Assembly (NCBI RefSeq): GCF_963921235.1
Contig: NC_086109.1
Coordinates: forward strand, 34,536,001 to 34,600,000
Length of the DNA: 64,000 bases
Direction of reading: 5' to 3'
DNA from: Mobula hypostoma
Taxonomy: Eukaryota
Positions 61,901-64,000 of this stretch are shown piece after piece (positions within the stretch are counted from its first letter, which is position 1; every line of letters begins with the position of its first letter). The notes under the pieces are model-generated. The model did no database searches. It was not told the origin of the DNA and saw only the letters and a program-made list of their open reading frames with translations. A program made the position numbers and the translations under genes.

Positions 61901-63580
61901 ATGAAGCTGGGAGATGATAGGTGGAAAAAATAAAGGGCTGAAGAAGGAGGAATTTAATAGAAGAGGAGAGTGGACTATGGGAGAAAGGGGATGTGGAGTG
62001 GCACAGCATTTTGTGTGTCTTGCTCTGGACTTCCTGCATCTGCAGAATCTCTTGTATTTGCATACAAAAAGGATGTTATTTTTGGCTGACAAGTCCAAAT
62101 CATGATCCCAAAATAAGGGACAGGGCAAATAGTACTGAGGTAAGGAAATGTATGTATTTACCTGTGTGGGACAGAGCATTTGGAATTCTCTAGCTTGGAG
62201 GGCAGTGGAGACTTGTTTATTGACTGAACTTAGAACTAAGATTATTAGTTTCTGGATATTAGAGTTCTCCCCTGACCGGGAAGGAAAACAGTGCTGTGTC
62301 AAGAATGGTCAACGGGGCATTCCTGTTCATTCCAAAGTATCTGTTCTTCCTATAAAAAAGCACAAAATTGAACCTATCAGTGTTCTATGTACATGTCCAT
62401 TCCACAAATATACTCATCTCTCCCCGCCTTTTGTTGCAATCTTCTCATGTATTAATTCCATCACCCTACCCCAATTGCAATTCAAATAACTCAGAGTTTT
62501 CTTTCTATTTGCTGGTCCATAGTGTTCACAGAAAACATAATGACTGCACGTTCTCCTATTATAACTTTCAAGTACAGTAAAATTCTGATCATCTAGCATC
62601 GCTGGTTTGAAAATACTGACGTTCTGACGACTTGAGCTGAGATTCCAGAGAACGAAGCAGAGCCAGCTTCGGAGTGCTTCTTTATTTCCTGCTCTCTTTA
62701 AACTCATTAGATTCACTGGAAAAATTATTGCTTTACCAGGTGACTTAAAAAAAAACCTGTGAATTAAAAGTTGTTTGGGTATTAATAGGAATAAAATTCA
62801 ATGATTTTAAAATCTCCTAGACCCAAGGGTGCCAGATTAGTGAAGTTTTGATACAACACTGTTTACTCAATTCTCTTGTTTTCTGTCATTTTGCCGGTTG
62901 GTTCTACATTGTGTTACTTCTACATCATCTGTGCATGTTCTACAACATGAAACCTTACTGAAGGCTGTTCAGAAATATGAAGCCTTTTTGAAAATACCAA
63001 TAATTACTTTAGAAATGCTTTCTACAGGAATGTGAGAAGAATAAGATGGAGTGTAAGTCACGATGGGGGTGGGGAATGGCCATAATACATTTTAAAGCCA
63101 ACAACACATTTTATAAAAATGACAATTATATTCAACCTTATCATCCAATAGAATGTCACCAGTGTATTCAGCAGTACAGAAATGTCATATTCACCAGTAA
63201 AGGAACAGCAAATATCCAGTGGCAAGTCCACTTTATCCAGCAGTTGTTCAGCATTACTTTCAGTAGAAGTGGCAAATTATTGTCAATCTGCAGAAACACT
63301 ACTACATTCTGAAAGTTCACACAAACTTCTTTGCCATCCACCATGAATGTTGGAATAGTTTTGCTGTGTACTATTATGCTAATAATCAATTTCCTTTCAT
63401 TTCTGTTAAATTCAGCTCATCAACAAAATTGTGTATCTGGTCAGTTTTGTGGGCAATGGTGGGAAATTTATCATTGGATACAAGGCTATGATCATGGACA
63501 TGAAGTTCCTTTATCACATTGGATATATAATGACAAGTGTATTGGGGCTTTTTGTGCATGAATTTTTCTACAGTATCCTG
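4865..63580 (+). CDS. ITPR3: Inositol 1,4,5-trisphosphate receptor type 3, partial multi-exon CDS (25 exons in window, 1187 codons; N- and C-terminal exons outside window)
   Basis: Exon translations join in frame across GT-AG introns and follow the ITPR3 protein colinearly: [14 protein letters not shown]..., [81 protein letters not shown]. These residues favour type 3 over ITPR1/2. Confidence 0.93.
4997..5141. mobile_element. Penelope-like pseudo-LTR fragment (inverted)
   Basis: GCTGGAGGAACTCAG... with an antisense hammerhead-like remnant, then a sense 3' tail. Confidence 0.65.
5664..6138 (+). mobile_element. Tc1/mariner internally deleted element
   Basis: TIRs CAGTGGCCACTTTATTAGGTAC / GTACCTAATAAAGTGGCCACTG; transposase N-terminal remnant (DFD..MIVGAR.AGLS.SETA..LGF..TTVSRV.RE). 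Confidence 0.88.
6247..6372 (+). CDS. ITPR3: ITPR3 exon 2: [14 protein letters not shown]...LLQVPYDK
   Basis: tttcag/gtgaga, 126 nt, phase 0/0. Confidence 0.95.
7572..7830 (-). mobile_element. V-SINE, antisense
   Basis: Reverse complement of the 7940..8192 family. Confidence 0.72.
7940..8192 (+). mobile_element. tRNA-derived V-SINE (HE1-like)
   Basis: A-box-like TAGCGTAGTGG, B-box-like GGTTCAGTTCC, V-domain GGGTGCTCCAGTTTCCTCC.ACAGTCCAAAGAC, (AAAT)n tail. Confidence 0.8.
8871..8993 (+). CDS. ITPR3: ITPR3 exon 3: NDAKMCEIL...HLNLFLTSG
   Basis: ttgcag/gtaagt, 123 nt, phase 0/0. Confidence 0.95.
9917..11230 (+). mobile_element. CR1-clade LINE fragment, same family as 1..1729, degraded
   Basis: RT remnants ([22 protein letters not shown]) and TCTTATGG tail. 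Confidence 0.9.
11435..11635 (+). CDS. ITPR3: ITPR3 exon 4: [11 protein letters not shown]...CQDMVMTE
   Basis: tttcag/gtaaaa, 201 nt, phase 0/0. Confidence 0.95.
11756..12007 (+). CDS. ITPR3: ITPR3 exon 5: [14 protein letters not shown]...HEDCITE
   Basis: caatag/gtattg, 252 nt, phase 0/0; follows a short 120-nt intron. Confidence 0.95.
12625..12750 (+). CDS. ITPR3: ITPR3 exon 6: [42 protein letters not shown]
   Basis: tgtcag/gtaggt, 126 nt, phase 0/0; not in the ORF track, translated by hand. Confidence 0.95.
13062..13861 (-). mobile_element. Unclassified non-coding LINE-derived element inserted in a CR1 3' end (host ~12922..13920)
   Basis: The host CR1 sequence is split at ACCAATCAA|GATCTATC; the insert ends in AATAAA plus a (TTTGAAC)-like tail on the minus strand, like the Rex1-type tails. 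Confidence 0.5.
14714..14839 (+). CDS. ITPR3: ITPR3 exon 7: VCNKREKR...[11 protein letters not shown]
   Basis: tacaag (AAG acceptor)/gtaatt, 126 nt, phase 0/0. Confidence 0.92.
16113..18233 (-). mobile_element. CR1-clade LINE fragment (second subfamily), degraded ORF2
   Basis: Minus-strand ORFs with [31 protein letters not shown], and the end of the EN domain (SDHNAI). Confidence 0.92.
18380..18500 (+). CDS. ITPR3: ITPR3 exon 8: [12 protein letters not shown]...CIRTLATM
   Basis: ttacag/gtaagg, 121 nt, phase 0/1. Confidence 0.94.
19176..19357 (+). CDS. ITPR3: ITPR3 exon 9: (A)[12 protein letters not shown]...[10 protein letters not shown]
   Basis: tttcag/gtatgg, 182 nt, phase 1/0. Confidence 0.94.
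20130..20730 (-). mobile_element. Rex1/Babar-like LINE 3' end, interrupted by the hairpin insertion
   Basis: Similar to 56160..56455 and 57576..57740; more degraded relatives at ~6780..7320 and ~41550..42040. Confidence 0.68.
20344..20493. mobile_element. Young Penelope-derived palindromic insertion with 15-bp TSD
   Basis: TTAAAGTATCCTTAA at 20329-20343 and 20494-20508; 55-bp inverted arms. Confidence 0.85.
21338..22210 (-). mobile_element. CR1-clade LINE 3' fragment, antisense
   Basis: (CCATAAGA)n, the reverse complement of the TCTTATGG tail; reverse-similar to ~880..1729. Confidence 0.9.
22381..22529 (+). CDS. ITPR3: ITPR3 exon 10: [32 protein letters not shown]...CESGKFIF(R)
   Basis: ctgtag/gtaagt, 149 nt, phase 0/2; translated by hand. 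Confidence 0.94.
23408..24080 (-). mobile_element. Unclassified non-coding LINE-derived element (5' UTR plus 3' UTR)
   Basis: CpG-rich; starts AAGATGGCG on the minus strand, ends AATAAA plus a short repeat tail; no RT coding remnant; a similar architecture at ~34270..35100. Confidence 0.5.
25125..25260 (+). mobile_element. Penelope-like pseudo-LTR fragment
   Basis: AGTCCTGATGAAGGGTCTC...GATGCTGCCTGACC...CTGCAGAATCTCTTGTG. Confidence 0.72.
25547..25692 (+). ncRNA. Candidate HDV-like ribozyme fold in an RTE 5' UTR
   Basis: Manual fold: P1 TTCTCC/GGAGAA, P2 GGATTGT/ACAATCC, P3 ACC/GGT, L3 TTGTCGT, large branched P4. Confidence 0.45.
25550..25968 (+). mobile_element. Non-autonomous RTE (Expander/Rex3/BovB-like) element: 5' UTR joined to 3' tail
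   Basis: 10-bp TSD ATAGCACGGT at 25540-25549 and 25969-25978; CACCTTGTCGTGGTGGAG...CCTGGTAGGGTCACCCATGG resembles the RTE 5' UTR as I recall it; (GAC/GAT)n tail. Confidence 0.75.
26640..27480 (+). mobile_element. CR1-clade LINE fragment, APE endonuclease region
   Basis: [28 protein letters not shown] motifs. Confidence 0.88.
28111..28219 (+). CDS. ITPR3: ITPR3 exon 11: [21 protein letters not shown]...FGTR
   Basis: ttctag/gtaaaa, 109 nt, phase 2/0. Confidence 0.94.
29036..29325 (+). mobile_element. V-SINE
   Basis: A/B boxes, V-domain GTTCTCCCGTGACC...CCAAAGA, tail. Confidence 0.82.
29340..29797 (+). mobile_element. CR1-clade LINE 3' end
   Basis: [21 protein letters not shown]...[12 protein letters not shown], followed by the 3' stem-loop GGGCCAGATGGCC. 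Confidence 0.88.
29900..30255. mobile_element. Penelope-like pseudo-LTR fragments (antisense copy followed by a sense copy of a related subfamily)
   Basis: Antisense hammerhead-like motif at 29903-29940, purine-rich tract, then CTGAAACGTTAACC...GATGCTGC. Confidence 0.68.
30358..30642 (+). mobile_element. V-SINE
   Basis: GGTTCAATTCC B-box, well-preserved V-domain, (TAAA)n tail. Confidence 0.82.
31054..31144 (+). CDS. ITPR3: ITPR3 exon 12: [13 protein letters not shown]...DPCSA
   Basis: ccacag/gtactt, 91 nt, phase 0/1. Confidence 0.9.
31645..32182 (-). mobile_element. Tc1/mariner element, same family, antisense
   Basis: Same TIRs; [11 protein letters not shown]...[11 protein letters not shown]. 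Confidence 0.86.
33124..33284 (+). CDS. ITPR3: ITPR3 exon 13: (D)[21 protein letters not shown]...[10 protein letters not shown]
   Basis: tttaag (AAG acceptor)/gtactt, 161 nt, phase 1/0; translated by hand. Confidence 0.9.
33465..33718 (+). mobile_element. Penelope-like pseudo-LTR fragment
   Basis: Pyrimidine-rich UTR then CAGTTCTGGTGAAGGGTCTCAGCCTGAAA; a more degraded copy at ~33850..34170. Confidence 0.7.
35493..35682 (+). CDS. ITPR3: ITPR3 exon 14: [21 protein letters not shown]...GGVQK
   Basis: cttcag/gtcaga, 190 nt, phase 0/1; donor chosen for phase compatibility with the next exon. Confidence 0.88.
36856..37028 (+). CDS. ITPR3: ITPR3 exon 15: (G)KDVHVL...[20 protein letters not shown]
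   Basis: atttag/gttaga, 173 nt, phase 1/0; contains LCENHN (Ca2+-site motif). Confidence 0.92.
37470..38570 (+). mobile_element. Old, degraded CR1-clade LINE fragment
   Basis: Remnants such as ISKFAD and a 3' end GGGCTGATGACCTG...TATGATTCTAT. Confidence 0.7.
38690..39545 (+). mobile_element. Two rearranged CR1 RT fragments
   Basis: Similar to 650..1210 and then again to 510..810 (order permuted). Confidence 0.75.
40209..40409 (+). CDS. ITPR3: ITPR3 exon 16: [15 protein letters not shown]...GGLGLLG...[13 protein letters not shown]
   Basis: caacag/gtatgc, 201 nt, phase 0/0; GLGLLG ATPB motif and TEYCQG. Confidence 0.96.
41421..41531 (+). CDS. ITPR3: ITPR3 exon 17: [37 protein letters not shown]
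   Basis: tcctag/gtaagt, 111 nt, phase 0/0. Confidence 0.95.
42522..42617 (+). CDS. ITPR3: ITPR3 exon 18: [32 protein letters not shown]
   Basis: taatag/gtgagt, 96 nt, phase 0/0. Confidence 0.95.
43011..43598 (-). mobile_element. Non-autonomous RTE-related element
   Basis: GC-rich, non-coding, CCATCT repeated at 43005-43010 and 43597-43602; 3' part shared with the SINE at 54472..54776. Confidence 0.62.
43430..43598 (-). ncRNA. Candidate HDV-like self-cleaving ribozyme at the element 5' end
   Basis: Manual fold: P1 GGTTCC/GGAACT, P2 CTCCTG/CAGCAG, P3 GCC/GGC, L3 TTCTCGT, P1.1 TC/GA, J4/2 CTGA. Confidence 0.55.
44719..45073. mobile_element. MITE with CAGAC..CC TIRs and 6-bp TSD (hAT-like)
   Basis: Left end CAGACATACCACC; right end GGGTGGGAAGTCTG; flanked by TAACCT at 44713-44718 and 45074-45079. 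Confidence 0.75.
45105..45648 (+). mobile_element. Penelope-like element 3' end: GIY-YIG endonuclease C-terminus plus pseudo-LTR
   Basis: [22 protein letters not shown]...[19 protein letters not shown] fits the PLE endonuclease C-terminus pattern (HFN..H...E..I..L..L.P.G.N); followed by a pyrimidine-rich UTR and a hammerhead-like motif. Confidence 0.8.
46498..46599 (+). CDS. ITPR3: ITPR3 exon 19: [34 protein letters not shown]
   Basis: tttaag (AAG acceptor)/gtaacg, 102 nt, phase 0/0. Confidence 0.94.
47921..48004 (+). CDS. ITPR3: ITPR3 exon 20: [28 protein letters not shown]
   Basis: ttccag/gtgagt, 84 nt, phase 0/0. Confidence 0.94.
49385..50368 (-). mobile_element. CR1 3' fragment (family of 16113..18233) interrupted by a Rex1-like insertion
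   Basis: [19 protein letters not shown] and [16 protein letters not shown]; the host resumes at ~49918. Confidence 0.85.
49513..49917 (-). mobile_element. Rex1/Babar-type LINE 3' end nested in CR1
   Basis: SHPLHNVL...STFSQRL...[16 protein letters not shown]-terminus, AATAAA and (ATGACT)n tail; a shorter near-identical 3' end at ~19627..19768. Confidence 0.78.
51089..51707 (-). mobile_element. Non-autonomous RTE-related element (third family)
   Basis: (CCAA)n tail preceded by GACAGACGGATG; internal similarity to the 43011..43598 element (GCCTTAGGG.CTCCA, GGGTTTACTCC..AGCCTT). Confidence 0.6.
51503..51707 (-). ncRNA. Degenerate HDV-like ribozyme at the element 5' end
   Basis: Manual fold: P2 CCTC(A)TGTAGT/ACTACAGAGG, P3 GCC/GGC, L3 beginning TCCTC, P1 GTGTG/CACAC, J4/2 GCTGA. 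Confidence 0.55.
52856..52957 (+). CDS. ITPR3: ITPR3 exon 21: [34 protein letters not shown]
   Basis: ttccag/gtatga, 102 nt, phase 0/0; translated by hand. Confidence 0.92.
54434..55005 (+). mobile_element. V-SINE split by a second SINE
   Basis: A-box part at 54434-54470; B-box and V-domain resume at ~54790. Confidence 0.72.
54472..54776 (-). mobile_element. tRNA-headed SINE with RTE-derived tail
   Basis: Minus strand TGGCCAAGTGG A-box, GATCGAGCC B-box-like, GTGACCTTGAGCAAGGCACTTAACC middle, tail similar to 43015..43195; degenerate 12-bp TSD. Confidence 0.72.
55250..55442 (+). CDS. ITPR3: ITPR3 exon 22: [14 protein letters not shown]...[13 protein letters not shown]...EMRWQKKLQ
   Basis: tgtcag/gtaagg, 193 nt, phase 0/1. 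Confidence 0.95.
56160..58200 (-). mobile_element. Rex1/Babar-like LINE fragment hosting the CR1 insertion at 56455..57575
   Basis: [19 protein letters not shown]...[13 protein letters not shown]-terminus; (TTTGAAC)n-type tail at ~56161-56180. Confidence 0.72.
56455..57575 (-). mobile_element. Young 5'-truncated CR1 LINE with uninterrupted RT C-terminal ORF
   Basis: [55 protein letters not shown] with no stop over ~345 codons; 3' UTR GGGCCGAAGGGCC. Confidence 0.95.
58906..59031 (+). CDS. ITPR3: ITPR3 exon 23: (S)[19 protein letters not shown]...[11 protein letters not shown] (first TM helix)
   Basis: tcttag/gtaggc, 126 nt, phase 1/1. Confidence 0.95.
59994..60166 (+). CDS. ITPR3: ITPR3 exon 24: (G)[12 protein letters not shown]...[14 protein letters not shown] (TM region)
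   Basis: ttacag/gtaagt, 173 nt, phase 1/0. Confidence 0.94.
61701..62055. mobile_element. Penelope-like pseudo-LTR, inverted architecture
   Basis: Antisense pLTR at 61701..61995 followed by a sense 3' tail; another short antisense copy at ~58705..58800. Confidence 0.72.
63416..63580 (+). CDS. ITPR3: ITPR3 exon 25: [18 protein letters not shown]...[12 protein letters not shown] (TM region)
   Basis: attcag/gtaggt, 165 nt, phase 0/0. Confidence 0.95.
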
Positions 63581-64000
63581 GTAGGTATATATTTATTTAT
63601 GGCTATTTCATCTAGAGATATTTTTGCAGAATAATCAAAGCACATTCTCACTTCTGTTACATTTTAGAAAGAGTTCAATTGCTGCTTATAATGTACATCC
63701 TCTAAACATTAGAAGCAAAACAAACATTTTTGTTGCAGAGAATGCAGTGTTATGTGGTACTGTATTTACTGAAGTGAGAACCTAGATTGTGCAAACTGAT
63801 TCTGCACTTCATTCACCATTGCTTATCAGCTGATTATTTTTGAAGTATTTCAGTCTAAAAGTAGGTTATAAATCAATGCTGTGATAATTTGTTAATCTAG
63901 CTATTTTAAGGTTATATTTAAAATGGAACCGGTTAAGATTAATACATTTTATTAAGATAAGTTGTGTGATTGTTGACAAGTGGTTCATCTTCCCAGTTTG

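Noticed and set aside
62574..62852. Hammerhead-like CTGACGA near 62625 and a possible Tigger/pogo-like MITE
   Set aside because: No GAAA core or supporting stems for a hammerhead; the putative TIRs are too degraded to call
1..64000. Most short ORFs in the supplied track, as stand-alone genes
   Set aside because: They are repeat-derived frames, antisense shadows of exons or LINEs, or exon frames extended into introns; none has independent gene structure
1..64000. Prokaryotic-type systems (CRISPR array, retron, operon) suggested by the RT ORFs
   Set aside because: The RTs are CR1/Rex1 non-LTR retrotransposon remnants in spliceosomal introns; no regularly spaced direct-repeat array is seen

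Overview
Eukaryotic (vertebrate) genomic DNA, most likely from a cartilaginous fish. That assignment is inferred from the repeat repertoire: HER1/CR1-type LINEs, HE1-like V-SINEs and Penelope pseudo-LTRs. The whole window lies inside one large + strand gene, inositol 1,4,5-trisphosphate receptor type 3 (ITPR3). I traced 25 consecutive GT-AG coding exons (4865..63580, 3561 nt, 1187 codons, phases consistent, no stops). They cover the ARM2/ARM3 regulatory region, the Ca2+-binding and ATPB motifs and the first transmembrane helices. The 5' and 3' parts of the gene lie outside the window. Introns are full of CR1 and Rex1/Babar LINE fragments, V-SINEs, Tc1 and hAT MITEs, Penelope-like pieces and non-autonomous RTE-derived elements, often nested. 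The most interesting hidden signal is structured RNA. Three different short RTE-derived elements each begin with a hand-foldable HDV-like double-pseudoknot ribozyme, one with an unusual hairpin inserted in L3 and no P4. A dispersed Penelope-derived repeat carries a minimal type-I hammerhead motif, decayed in every copy. One young insertion forms a 55-bp near-perfect hairpin with a 15-bp TSD. The ribozyme calls are manual folds, not computed or tested. Repeat boundaries are approximate unless a TSD or TIR is stated.
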